From contig NC_058368.1 of assembly GCF_018350175.1 (NCBI RefSeq), positions 44,518,001-44,582,000 on the forward strand: DNA of 64,000 bases. The letters are read 5' to 3'. Of this stretch, positions 1-13,402 are shown in pieces (positions within the stretch are counted from its first letter, which is position 1; every line of letters starts with the position of its first letter). Made by a program: the position numbers and the translations under genes. Under the pieces are notes generated by a model that did not search any database, was not told where the DNA came from, and saw only the letters and a program-made list of their open reading frames with translations. The stretch comes from Felis catus (lineage: Eukaryota).

Positions 1-190
1 TTTTGTCTAGCTTACCTTCTTGTAAGAACACAGAATATAATACACAAAACATGCAAAATATGTGTTAATTGACTGTTTTATGTTATTTGTAAGGCTTCTG
101 GTCAACAGTAGGCCATTATTAGTTATGTTTTTGGGAAGTTGATAGTTATACAATGTCGCTAATTCCCACATTGTTCTAGAGTCAAATCTA
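1..190 (+). mobile_element. Tigger2a-like (TcMar-Tigger) DNA transposon, terminal fragment
   Basis: TCTAGCTTAC...AATATGTGTTAATTGACTGTTT...AAGGCTTCTGGTCAACAGTAGGC...TTGTTCTAGAGTCAA resembles the degenerate Tigger2/2a end (recalled consensus). Confidence 0.65.
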
Positions 191-593
191 CATTATAAAT
201 ATCGAAGCACAAATTTGAAAAATGAAGCAAACAGCAGGGTGATATTGAGAAATGTGTTCATAAATGTAGAAACTCATGGTCAGGTTAGAGATATAGAAGA
301 GATAGAAATAGTATTCTATATTCTTCAAGGTTTTGCTGTTTATTTTATAAGTTTCAAAATGGGAGATACAATTCTTTTAAAATTATTTTAATTCACCATC
401 TCTTATACAGTGTGCACAAACTTATCTTAGATTCCAAAGAAAAGTTCATTCAATTGTTTATCATATATAATTTACTAATTATGGGAAAAATAGTTTATTT
501 TGAAATAAATGAAGAATGCCATGAGTTACTGGTTGTACTATTCTTTTCCCACCAAAATTAGATCACTTTAGGCTCAAAAAAAATTGAAGATAT

Positions 594-861
594 GTTTTAT
601 CTCTTAAAGTCCTCATATGAGTGACAAACAGATGAACATAAGGTAAGGGAAACAAAAATAATATAAAAACAGGGAGGCAGACAAAACAGAAGAGACTCAT
701 AAATATGGAGAACAAACTGAGGGTTACTGGAGGGATTGTGGGAGGGGGGATGGGCTAAATGGGTAAGGGGCACTAAGGAATCTACTCCTGAAATCATTGT
801 TGCACTATATGCTAATTTGGATGTAAATAAAAAAATATAAACAATAAAACAAGTTAATAAT
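594..861 (+). mobile_element. 5'-truncated cat-type L1 3' end with short 5' inversion
   Basis: L1 3'UTR motifs (GAGAACAAACTGAGGGTT, AAGGAATCTACTCCTGAAATCATTGTTGCACTATATGC), A-rich tail, 17-bp TSD AAAAAAATTGAAGATAT at 577-593 and 862-878. Confidence 0.85.
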
Positions 862-3011
862 AAAAAAATTGAAGATATACGTATAGGTTTTTTGAGCTCA
901 TAATTATTAATTTAAGAAGACTGAGAGTCCTATTTATCAGCATTCAGTTATATAGACAATATGTACCTACTTATCAATGTGAAACACTTAATGCTATGGT
1001 ACCCACCTTGGTACATTACATTTCAAGTACTTACTTAACTGGCAGAAATTATAACATTTAAAAGTGATGGAATGAGTACAAAATATATAAAGGACAATGA
1101 ATGACAAAATTTTGGACCAAGTCAATATATAAAAAAAATTATAAGATATATTAATTATTAATGTTTTCAAGAAAAGTTATAAGACAAACCTGCTGACATC
1201 CTAAGACTTTTAGAGTTAAAAGATTTTTTTTATAATTTCCTACTTACACACTACACCAAATCTTCAATATTGGTTGAACTAATTAATGGTTCAAATTATG
1301 GATGAGTTGCTGTAATAACCTCAATCCTTCAGAGCTGAGAAATAGTATGTTTTAAAACTAGAATATTTATAAATCTAAAAGTCTTGAATTCACTATAACC
1401 CTATAGGCAAATTCTAAAAGTACAGCAAAAATTCATAAGAACATGTACAATTCCAGAAGAAGCTAACTGACTCTGCATTCATTTGAAGGTCAGTTCTCTC
1501 TTACTGATTAAGTCTTATTGCTGATTCTGGCCCCATGAAAACATTCTTTCACACAAGTAAATATTTACAATATGTTTGGATAAATATTTCAATTCTAACC
1601 TACTAACCAAAATTATTTAGTTCAAATAATAACCCTTTCAACTCTTTCATACTCTTCCTTCAACTGTGAAAAATTCAATAAAAAACATGAATCAGTTTTA
1701 AATTAATTTATAAAATTATTGATTTTCTAAATAGTTTTGATGGTTATTTTCTTCATGAAACATCACAAGGGATTAAGTATAGTGTGCACAATGAGTAAGA
1801 GAAGAAAGTATTTACAAACTTGGAAACCTTGGGAATGGAAGAAAGGGATTGAGACCATAGCCAGTTAAAGGATTTAGTATTTTCTTACCACAAATTAGAA
1901 TGTATGGTTAGGCACTTGTAGCTTTCCTCTCAATATATTCTGCCATTTGTCTTTAGTAAAAGAACTCATATGTTAAACTTAGCACTCTAAAACCTGGCTA
2001 AATCATTGCACCACACAATCCCCTATAGCTAGATGTGGCCTTGTGCTCAAGTTATCCCAAATCAGATGCTATTGTTGAGTGATATTTGTATCTCTGTCGC
2101 ATCTTAAAAGATGGGAGTGTCTTCTCTCCTCTTTCTCTGCCATACTTCCTGGAATGTGAATGGAATGTCTCAAATAGCATCATGAACATAATGTGACCTC
2201 GGGAAAAGAAGCCATACACAGAACACCAAAAAGGAAAAAGGAGCCTGAGTTCCAGACATAATAGAGTAGGTTCGATAGTTATCTATGACTGCCTAACTAC
2301 AATTTTTGTTTCTGTTTGTTTTGTTTTTGTTTTTTTTAGAATTTTGGCTTATTTAAGTCTCTACTTTGAGGTCAGTGTTATTTGAAGCAATCCTAATCCT
2401 AAGAATAATTGTGTATCTTTCAACCAAAATAAAGTGAGAGAGAGAGAATCAGAAATGCAAATAATACACCAAAAACAGGGATAATAAAAATCAATAGTAT
2501 CAGGAATATATATGCCATATCTTGGATGGTGAAGAAAAACACTAGTTATTAAAAGAAAGATTAAAAAAAATGAAGCAAGAAGAAACAGAAATAAAGGCCA
2601 GTGGCTTAGAATCATCACTATATTAAAGATTCATTTGGGAAATTAACTGAAAGAATGAAAATCATTTAGAATAGTTAATGAGGGGGATGCAATATAGAGA
2701 GTTAACAGAGGATGAATAAATGGATAGCAATGGAGCAGTGTGGTCTAAATTCCTCCTCTTATGACTCTGTTGACCTTGTCATTTTCACACCACCTTACCT
2801 TTTTTGTTTTTTAAAGTGCTTAACTAACCCTTCCTATGCAAAAACCTTTCTCTGTAAAATAAAAGAAGATGTACATGCACATTTAGCTCCAATAACCGAC
2901 TGTCCAGTCCTTCAAGAATATATTATCCTCCTTGTACCACGTTACCATTGAAACAGTAAGACTAAAATTTGATTTTTATTTCAACAGAATGTTTCCATGT
3001 GTCTCTGTGCA

Positions 3012-3013
<2 letters not shown>

Positions 3014-3054
<41 letters not shown>

Positions 3055-3062
3055 CACACACA
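3014..3062. repeat. (CA)n microsatellite
   Basis: Direct read. Confidence 0.95.
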
Positions 3063-5528
3063 TATAAACTTTATATAGTTTAAAACTATCTAATTTGAAG
3101 TTAAAATGACTTTATTTGGAAACACAGATCAGCCATTTTTAGGTCTGTGATTACAGACAAATTTTCAAAATAATGTATTCTCAATCTTCTTATCTGTATA
3201 AAATAGGAGAGTAAGAATCATTTTGAAGGTGTGTTGTTATCAGAGTTAAATGAATCCATTTGTTTGAATGTGTACAGTCTTGTATGTAATATAACATCTC
3301 CTTATAAAGTATGAACTTAGAACACCCACATAAGAATAATCTGTAGCATTAATTAAAGAATGAAGGTCTTAAATCTTGGTTGGGCACAAGAAATCTGGAA
3401 TTTTTTAAAAGTCAGTTGTTTTTCACAGACTATAGTATATGGTACATAATAGATACTCAGTAAGTGATTACTACTGTGTTTTTCGAATCTTTTTTGTTTT
3501 TTTCTTTAAAGTTGATTTATTATGAGAACTGATATGAGGTTTAAAAATGTCTAGATAGATATGGATATAGATATGGATAGCCATAGCTATATATTTAAAC
3601 ATGGATATTAAGATTTATATCATCATTAAGCAAACTAGCACAGAACTTAATTTTACATTAAACTATTACATTGGCCATAAATTTTTTACACTGATTTAAA
3701 TTTCACTTCTTTCCTATAACTAGCAAATGATATTAATCATGTAAACATTAAACAATGTTATAATTCAATTATCCCAGTTTACACAGTATTATCCCAAACC
3801 AGAAAATTATATGACAGAGAAGAACATGAAAAGAAAGTGATATATCATTGACAATTCTGTTATATACTGTTCCTCTTCTAAAATGCTTTTCATTGTGTAT
3901 CAGATTCAAAATAATAATGTATAGATAATTTCCATAGATACACAAATACCATCTGTCAATTTTAGTACACATATTAAAAATAATGAATGTAGAAAATTAA
4001 AATGTGTCATTAACAATAAAATTTTATAAACATGCACAAAATGGCAGATGGTAGAATTTAAGTAACATTATGCCAAATGGTTAGCTACATTATAGCTACC
4101 ATTATTACTTATAAATCTAAAATAAATTATACTGTCAATGACAAAATATTTCAAAATATAATTGAGCAAGTAAAAAATGATACCTTCTATGTATTGTCTG
4201 AAGTACAATAAATTGAGAATTGAGGCAGTTTTGACAAAAAGTATAGAAAATAAACCACTCAAATAATGATCACATAAGAAGAGAAAACAGAAAGTAAGAA
4301 GTATAGAAAGTGGCAATGAGAACAAAGAGTTAGTACAATCATCATCCTGAGGGAAATTCACTGTGCTCATTTTTTTTTAACCTCACAAAGATAAGGAACA
4401 TTATTATGTTCATTAAGGAAGTCATTGGTTTTCATTTTTTCTTTTGCTCTTTTCTTCTTCATCCTGTAAATGGCAATAATCGTTTATATCTCTAGTTAGA
4501 CTCTGCTACATTAGAGCTCTAAAAGTTGTTTTAAAAAAAAGTGTGTTGTTTTCTACTGTTTTATTTTTAATTGTTTTAATGTGCTTACATGCATACTTTG
4601 ACATTTAATAGGAACTATGGTCAAATTAGCTACCTTGTTCTGATCATATAGCAGACGAACAAGAATAAATGGGTTCCTTCAAAGTCTGATGATTAGTAGG
4701 TAGTAAATCAAGATTGAAACAGAAGTGTTTTCACTCAGACCATTTCTCTTTCCATTGAAACTCAGCACATTTTATTAGTGGTAAGACAAGAGCTGGTAGG
4801 ACCACAAAGTCTTGAGGAAAAAAAATTGTTTGGGGATTCTATTGAATCCATACTGAAAAAAAGTGAGTTTGAGAAATAAAACAATCACTAATAAAGGTGA
4901 ATTAAAAATGTCTTCCTAAATCAATTCTCTATAAACTAAGAGTGAGCAATTAACTATTAAGATATTCCTGATCTAAAAACTATTGAAGGGAATTTATTAA
5001 TGAAATATACTTCTCTCTCACTTGATACACATTTAATCTCTTGCTATTTCATCTTGGAAAGCTAGCCAGTTATCATATAGTTACCAATCCCAAGGTTAAC
5101 ACTCATACACACACACACACACACACACACTGACAACGAGGCTTTTCTTTGCAGAACAATTGTCACATACCTTAACTTTCCATCTAGGAAGTATGTCCTA
5201 CATTAGAAAAGCACAGGTTTTGATTTTCAGCTTATGTATGAGATAAGCGAAGAAGTACGTTATGTCATGTTGTTGCTCTATACTTGTGTAGCTAATTAGA
5301 TCACCCCTTCTTCCCAACTGATTGCAACATTAGGTCATAATTACAAATAATGAATGATTTATTCCCAATACTGATGCTACTGTGAATCCAGCTGAACTCC
5401 ACAGTCACCTCCCAGATTTGTACTTACTAGAGGACAAAATTACGAAGCTTATTATCAAAACTAGCCAAGAGGAAAGGAGCAAGGACCATTTAGAAAGCAG
5501 AATTTACTTCAACAAATTATAAAATTAC

Positions 5529-5785
5529 GGGGTGCCTGAGTGGCCCAGTTAGTTAAGCATCCGACTTCAACTCCGGTCATGACCTTGTGGTTTGTGAGGT
5601 CGAGCCTCGGAAAGGGCTCCAAGTTGTCAGCACAGAGCTGTGCTGAGAGCTCAGAGCCTGGAACCTGCTTTAGATTCTGTGTCTCCCTCTCTCTCTGCCC
5701 CTCTCCTGCTCACACTCTATCTCTCTGTCCCTCTCTCAAAAATAAATACACATTAAAAGAATTTTTTAGTAAAAATAAATAAAAT
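5529..5785 (+). mobile_element. Can-SINE (SINEC_Fc-like)
   Basis: GGGGTGCCTGAGTGGCCCAG tRNA-derived head, CT tract, AATAAA and A tail. Confidence 0.9.
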
Positions 5786-6173
5786 TAAGGTATACACACA
5801 GGTGCATGCTCTCTCCCTTAAGCACACACAAAAGTTTACAAGTCACCAGACTCTGGAATTGACACACATATGTTTTCCATCCAGGAGAAACTGTGCTGGC
5901 GTTTGGGATGTAATTAATATGACTGGCAGACATACCTTCAAAAGAATATCTCTTAAGTAAAAAAAAAAGCCAATCATCATCGTATTTTCTAATAACGTCT
6001 GTGGAATCTGCATGATAATATTTGTTTTAAAAAGAGAGAGATAACACTTATTATGCTTTGAAGGACAATAGTGTGGTTAATTTTATTCTAGCAACACTAA
6101 ACAGAGGTAGCAGCACAGCTCCATGAAATTGAGTCATTAAAAAAAAAAATCTTTAAAATGCCTGTGAGCTAAT

Positions 6174-6381
6174 GGGGCGCCTGGGTGGCTCAGTCGGTTA
6201 AGCGGCCGACTTCGGCTCAGGTCATGATCTCACGGTCCGTGAGTTCGAGCCCCACGTCAGGCTCTGTGCTGACAGCTCAGAGCCTGGAGTCTGCTTCAGA
6301 TTCTGTGTCTCCCTCGCTCTGACCCTCCCCCGTTCATGCTCTCTCTGTCTCAAAAATAAATAAACGTTAAAAAAAATAAAT
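6174..6381 (+). mobile_element. Can-SINE (SINEC_Fc), low divergence
   Basis: GGGGCGCCTGGGTGGCTCAGTCGGTTAAGCG head; TSD AAAATGCCTGTRAGCTAA at 6155-6172 and 6382-6399. Confidence 0.95.
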
Positions 6382-6409
6382 AAAATGCCTGTAAGCTAAG
6401 AAAGTCTAT

Positions 6410-6620
6410 TTAAAAATTTTTTTCATGTTTATTTTTGAGAGAGACACAGAGTGTGAGCAGGGTAGGAGCAGAGAGAGAGAGGGAGACACAGAATCTGAAG
6501 TAGGCTCCACGCTCTAGCTATCAGCACAGAGCCCAATGATGGGCTCAAACTCACGAACTGCAGAGATCATGACCTGAGCCAAAGTCAGTTGCTTAACCGA
6601 CTGAGTCAACCAGGCACCTC
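6410..6620 (-). mobile_element. Can-SINE
   Basis: Reverse-complement SINEC body; AGAAAGTCYATTT flanks both sides. Confidence 0.9.
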
Positions 6621-6978
6621 AAGAAAGTCCATTTTTAAAAAGTAAAGTAAAGTACCATTGCATCTTTTCTTCCACAGTGGATGATGAAGTCTCTGCTACC
6701 CTTCTACATTTATATTGTTCTTTTCTTCTTTTCCTCTATAAGCTGGACAAAGAGGGGTAACTCCCAGTTTACAGACTGGCATTCATCATTTTCTCATGGG
6801 GACCCATTTTGATCGATAAGCAAATTTTGTGCAAATGTAAGGCAGCTGCAAGAAACAGGGGAGATAATATCGTGAAATTATAGATGAAAATTCTAATTAT
6901 ATTGATTATGAAACAAACTAGATTTAAAGCACTTTGAAAACCTCTGTATCACCCCCTAACTTAAAAAATTAAATGCCC

Positions 6979-7185
6979 AAGGCACCTGGGTTGCTCAATC
7001 TGTTGAACGTCTGATTTAGGCTCTGGTCATGATCTCGCAGTTCATGGGTTCAAGCCCCACATCGGGATCTCTGCTGTCAGCACAGCCCACTTCAGATCCT
7101 CTGCCCCCCTCTATCTGCCCCTCACACTCTCTGCCCCTTGCACTGTCTCTCTCAAAAAATAAATTAAAAAAAAAACATAAAAAAA
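6979..7185 (+). mobile_element. Can-SINE
   Basis: GGCACCTGGGTTGCTCA head, CT tract, A tail. Confidence 0.85.
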
Positions 7186-7194
7186 ATTAAATGC

Positions 7195-7390
7195 GGGGCA
7201 ACTACATGGCTCTCAGTTGGCTAAGCATCCAACCCTTGGTTTCAACTCAGGTCATGATCTCAAATTTCATGGTTTGAGAGTTTGAGTACCACAAAGGGCT
7301 CCAAGCTTGGGATTCTCTCTCTCTCCCCCTATCTCTCTGCCCCTCCCCTGCTTGCTCACTCTCTCTCTCTCTCAAAATAAAATTAAAAAC
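7195..7390 (+). mobile_element. Can-SINE (older), tandem with previous
   Basis: Degenerate head GGGGCAACTACATGGCTCTCAG, CT tract, A tail. Confidence 0.8.
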
Positions 7391-9128
7391 AATTAAATGC
7401 AAAGTGGAGTTAGAATTCTCTACTTCTCAGGATGATGTCTAGTATCTTGATTAGGTGGTTCATCAATCTCACTTATGCTTTTATACTTTCATTACATACA
7501 TATCAATCCCTACCCAATGTATACCGCTGTTTTACCTATAGTAACATTACATCAATAGTATCCTACTGCATATTCCAGCTCCCTCCCTCTCTCTCCACCA
7601 AAGAGAGAAATGGATTTTAGTTAGGTTACCACATTTGATATCAAAAATATTCACTCTTATATTTTACATTTCTGTTCTGTATTCTGGTGAAGTTTTCTAC
7701 AGAAATAAATACTTGCTGTTTTAATAATACGGTTTTACCTTGAAAACTAAATGTATGGCATTGGAAATAAGGGGATCCCTTTACATTCAATGATATTCAG
7801 AGATAGAAAAATGCATAAATTATTTTAGAGGAAGTTTACAAAATGTTTAAATGATGTACAGATGTGTATTTTAGGATGATTCAGTAAAGACTACATTAAA
7901 TTGGAGGAAAGAAAGCCTATTGTTAACTTCTAAGAGCTTCATGAGGAAGATCTCAATGCATTGCTTCTCTGTAGAGAAGGCTGAAATTTGGTAGGTAGGA
8001 GGCAAGGCCACACAGATTCCAGAACTACACAAACTCCCATCAGTATTTCATTTACAGATTCTGAAAACAGGTTCCTACACTGGGAATTCAAAGGATTCCA
8101 GTACCACAAACAAATAAAGATCTGCAGGTTTCTCTAATGGGTGAGTATAAAGAAGTTTTGCCATGGCAAGTATTGATATTCTTTATCTGAAGTTCCAGGC
8201 ATTAATTTGAGAGTAAAAAGAATGCAGCATGCTATTTCTAAAATAAAGGTCCAATAAGGGCTGGATCTAATAATTCAAGCAAATAAATGTATCATTAAAC
8301 TTGCTAAATGTATTCATATATGTAGGGCAACTGAACTTATATTTGGTCATAATATCGGTAATTTTTCACAAGGTTATCTTTACAAAACAAAGAAACATAC
8401 ATTTTGGTAGCACCTATGGAAATTAACTGGTGGAAGTCAAAACAAAAGAAATGCCAATTCCTAAGTAATATGAATTGACTGTAAAAAAGATTAATAATAA
8501 TCAGTGACAAACTTCTCCTCATATCATGTCATAAATTCATCAAGTGAAGCCTCCAGGTGGTACAATCAATACCCCATCTGTGATTGTTTTCACATATTCT
8601 GACACCATCAAAAGGGGCAAAGACGAATGGCTTAACATTGAAATATGCATATATATGTATACATATACATATGTATGTGACAGAGAGGCAAAGACAGATA
8701 CAGAAAGAGAATGTTTACTATAGTCCAAACATATGTTCGAATAGTTGTATGTGTATGTATATTTGAGCTAGTTATCATATATTGAATTAGTTTCACTGAT
8801 TAATAATGTTATAATTGCCCTTCTTTTTATACTATTGTGCCAGCTTTAGATATGTTTTTATAGAGAATTAATTATATAAAGGACTGAAATTTAAATAAAT
8901 TAATTTAAAGGAAATAAAAATATCCCCCTATAAATAAGACCAATAGCATTTATTAGTAGTTTTATTTTTAATATTTTAAGAGTTTATCATTAATAAAAGT
9001 ACTAATACAAATAATACTCTGTCTATAAAAGTTAGGATAAAGTACATTGGTATGCTCCATTTTCCCAAGAAGTATTCTGCAAAACGAAATAATATCATTA
9101 TAGAAAGCATTAACTTCCGAAACTTTAA

Positions 9129-9163
<35 letters not shown>

Positions 9164-10432
9164 ATCTAGGTAAAAATCAAACAATTCTTTTAAACTTGTA
9201 CTACAAATATTTTTACAAGATCTCCCTCTTCTGGCTACAACAATTATTTCATTTGTTTTTATCCACAGTGGTCAAAGTCAGCTGCAAAGTTTGGGCAAAG
9301 CTAATTTATACTAATCTGGCATCAAAGAGATAAATAGACGGACACTCCTAAAAATGAAAAACAGGAAGTTCTTTTCAATATCTCTAATATACATACTGTT
9401 CTATTAAAGTCTGTTTATCTAATTTCATTTATGTTTTCTGCCTCACTGATAGTCTGAGGATTCTTATGCCAAGCTTCGTAATAAGTTAATAAATGAATTG
9501 AATGCTTGAAGTGTTCCAGATGGACTTAAATTGCAAATGCTGTCATTCACAAAAGGGACTGAGCTCACAGAGCAAGGATGCAAGTTTCCAAATGCAGACT
9601 CACCTATGCACCTTAAAATAGAGATGAAAATGTACACTCCATTTAAATGTCCTTTCAAAATGTAATTTTTCCTCTCAAATTTACAAACCTGATTGCAACA
9701 ATAAAATAAATCTGAGAAATATTAATAAATGAAAGACAATGTTTACCATGCAACTTACAGAACAATGTTATACGAAAATTATTTTAAAAGGATGTGCTTT
9801 AGTCACTATCATATATTCATTAGTCTACTTCAATCATTACATTTAATTGTGTAAAATTTCAGAAAACCACGCATGAAAAGTTTGGGGAGAGCTATTGTTC
9901 CTAAATAAACATATTGTGTTAATGTACTAATATTCCCCAGTAGTCATCACTTGATAAGCTCTTCCATTTCTTCAAAAAACATTCATTTTAAAATGTCATT
10001 TCAAAATAAATAAAATATACTCAGTACTCTCAAGAAATGCATATTTGTAAATGACATACCTGATAAAGGGTTAGTATCCAACATATACACAGAACTTATA
10101 AATTCAACAGCCAAAAAATAAATAATCCAATTAAAAAATGGGCAGAAGACATGACTAGAAATTTCTCCAAAGAAGACATGCAGATGGTCAACAGATACAT
10201 AATAAGGTGCTCAACATCACTGATTATCAGGGAAATACAAATCAGAACTGGAAGATTGATCATCTCACAGCTATCAGAATGGCTACAATAAAAAATGCAA
10301 AAAACAACACGTGTTGGGAAGGATATAAGGAAAAAGGAACACTTTTACACTGTTGGTGGGATGGCAAACTGGTGCAGCCACTCTGGAAAACAGTATGGAG
10401 GTTCCTCAAAAAGTTAAAAATAGAACTACCCT

Positions 10433-10550
10433 GGAGTGTCTAGGTGGCTCAGTTGGTTAAGTGTCCAGCTCCTGATTTTGGCTCAGGTCATGATCTCATA
10501 ACTGGAGCCCTGCATCGGGCTCTGTGCTGGAAGCGTAGAGCTTGCTTGGG

Positions 10551-10588
<38 letters not shown>

Positions 10589-10665
10589 CCTTCTCCGCTT
10601 GCATGCACACATGCATTCTCTCTCTCTCACTCTCCCTCCCTCTCTCTCAAAAAGAAAAAAAAAAT
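10433..10665 (+). mobile_element. Can-SINE nested in L1
   Basis: GGTGGCTCAGTTGGTTAAG head, (CT)n, A tail; ATAGAACTAC repeated on both sides. Confidence 0.85.
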
Positions 10666-10876
10666 ATATATTTTATATATATAAAAATATTTTATATATA
10701 AAAAATAAATATATATTATATATATATAAATATATACATATAAATTTATATATAAATATATATATATTTATATATATTTATATATATATTTATATTTATA
10801 AATATATATATTTATATATATAGAACTACACTATGTTTATATATAAATTTATATTTATAAATATATATATATATAC

Positions 10877-10920
<44 letters not shown>
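10665..10920. repeat. Complex (TA)n low-complexity tract
   Basis: Direct read. Confidence 0.95.
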
Positions 10921-10922
<2 letters not shown>

Positions 10923-11221
10923 CTACACTATGTTTATAGCAGCATTATCTACAATAGCCAAACATCTCCCATTATGGAAGCAGCCCAAGTGTCCATCGAC
11001 TGATGAATGCATAAAGAAGAGATAGTATATATAGTGGAATATTACTCGGTCATTACTCAGCCTTCAAAAAGAATAAAATCCTGTGATTTGCAATAACATG
11101 GATGGAGCTAGAGAGTATTACACTAAGCAAAATAAGTCATTCAGAGAAAGACAAATACTATATGATTTCACTTATATGTTAAATTTAAGACACAAAACAA
11201 ATGAGCCAAGGGAAAAAAGAA

Positions 11222-11252
<31 letters not shown>

Positions 11253-12724
11253 TTCTTAACCACAGACAACAAACTGATGGTTACCAGAAGGTAGGTGGGT
11301 GGGGTGATGGGTTAAACAGGTGATGGGATTAAGAAGCACGTGTTGTGATGAGCACTGGGTGTTATGCAGAAGTGTTGAATCACTATACTGTACACCTGAA
11401 ACTAATATTATACTGTACGTTACCTAACTGGAATTAAATAAAAACTATAAAAAGTATTATCAAAAAAAGAAATGCATGATATGCCATTGGATCACATTAA
11501 CCATTGGATATGCCATTGGATCACCTTGGATTGCATTAACAAGTCTCAACAAATGTGGAATTCCTTCAAATTACACTCAACTTGTTATGGTACACATATT
11601 CCCCTTTTAGGAAAGGGGGTTTATTTACAGCTTTCATAAGATGCTCAAATATGTCAATGACTCCAAAAATTTAGGCACTGAGTGAGATAAACAAATAATT
11701 ACAAACTCCATAACACTTGATATTTTAAAATACCAGTGTAAACAAAAGTTCAAATAATAACAAAATCTACAGAGGAGAATCAAGGAACGTTCCTGAGAAA
11801 TGGTATCAGTATACCCTGAATTTTGAAACTCAAGGAAGTTTGTCAGGAAGAGAAGAAAGAGAAGAGGACTTGAGAACACCTCTAGAATATACAGAAAGGC
11901 AATGTTGACTGCTAGAGCCTTAGTATAGTCATTGCAGAGAAGTGGGACTAAAGGATGTACATAGGGAAGTTTTTTCCATTGCAACCATTGTTGTTTCTTA
12001 CATTTAGGAAAGTACTTGGTACATACTATGAAGGCCTATAGATGCTTGTTTAAGGAGAAATAGGAATAGGTTTCAATGATAGGATATTGACAGATAATGA
12101 AATTTCTTGAAGTGATAGGGATTAGGAAGTGTACATGTTGTGATGAGCACAGGGTGTTATACAGAAGTATAGTGAGGGTCTCAGTAAGAACTTTGGCCTT
12201 AACAATTTGGCACAAAAGTGACATTAAATGTTGGGTGATGAATACAGCCAAAATTTTCTAGTGTCAAATGCCATTAGATGAGGTGAATTTTGGATTTTAA
12301 TCTCATATTATATACAGGAGAAAAAAAACAGAGGAGATCACAGAAATTTCACTCTATTTTCTGTTTTCTGATGTGTTAGAAAGATTTCTTAGACTATCTC
12401 CAGCCAGTTACAAAATATTAGAAATGTTACCATCAGAGAATTACTACTTTTCTTAAATCCTTTGTAAAAATGCAGATCATATTTGGTTCTAACAGGTAGT
12501 ATGGCTTCATTTTTAGATGTTTTTTTCTCATAGAAGGAATGGATCACTTTGGTGATCCTGAGCCACAGATTCGTCATTTATGCTTTTGCCTCCCAATAGA
12601 GCTTAATGAGATGATAAGGAGATAAAGACTACACTGTCTAGCATATAATTTTAGATATCAGATAAGTAAATCTCCATACTTCAATTATGTGTTGATACAT
12701 TTCAGTTTCCTATATACAAGAACA

Positions 12725-12725
12725 T

Positions 12726-12772
<47 letters not shown>

Positions 12773-12952
12773 TTTTTTAAAGAAAGAGAAAGCACAAGTG
12801 GGGAGCGGGGGAGGGCGAGAGAGAGAGAATCTTAAACAGTCTCCACACTCAGCTCAGCGCCTGATGCAGGATTTAATCCCATGACCCCGGGATCATGACC
12901 TGAGCCAAAATCAAGAGTTGGATGCTCAACCAACTGAGCTATCCAGGCGCTC
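12725..12952 (-). mobile_element. Can-SINE with (TTTA)n tail
   Basis: Reverse SINEC body ending CCAGGCGCTCC. Confidence 0.85.
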
Positions 12953-13293
12953 CAACAAGCGTATTTATTGAATTGGTTATCAAGTAGTTTATTATTATAT
13001 CTCTGTGAACCATGTGAACTATTAGTTTACTAAAAATTGTTTTAGAGGTAAATGTTGTTACATTCACCTCACTTGAAAAATAACATAAATAATAGATGAT
13101 AATTGAGCCTACTTTTGGTTCATTGTAAATGTAATATTAAAATGTTCAGTTAGCTTTCTGTGAGAAACAATATTTATACCTTGTGCTGACATAGCCAAAT
13201 CACAACAACTTGAATAATTAGGATTGTGGAGTCATGTTAACAATTTATTTTTCTGCAATTGATCAAATTAACCACATTACATTTCAAAGAGCC

Positions 13294-13336
<43 letters not shown>

Positions 13337-13402
13337 AAAGAAAAGAAAAGAAAAGAAAAGAAAAGAAAAGAAAAGAAAAGAAAGGAAAGAAAAGAAAGAA
13401 AA
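13294..13402. repeat. (GAAA)n/(GAAAA)n compound microsatellite
   Basis: Direct read. Confidence 0.95.

Larger units (their letters stand above)
10030..11470 (+). mobile_element. L1 3' fragment (ORF2 C-terminus plus 3'UTR), interrupted by a SINE and a TA expansion
   Basis: Translation includes [28 protein letters not shown], typical of the L1 ORF2 C-terminus; carnivore L1 3'UTR follows to an A-rich end. Confidence 0.9.

Noticed and set aside
6174..6260. tRNA-like A and B box sequences at many positions
   Set aside because: SINE heads followed by CT tracts and A tails, not tRNA genes.
12111..12170. Similarity to 11320-11375 as a local duplication
   Set aside because: Diverged, and better explained as a separate short L1 3'UTR fragment.
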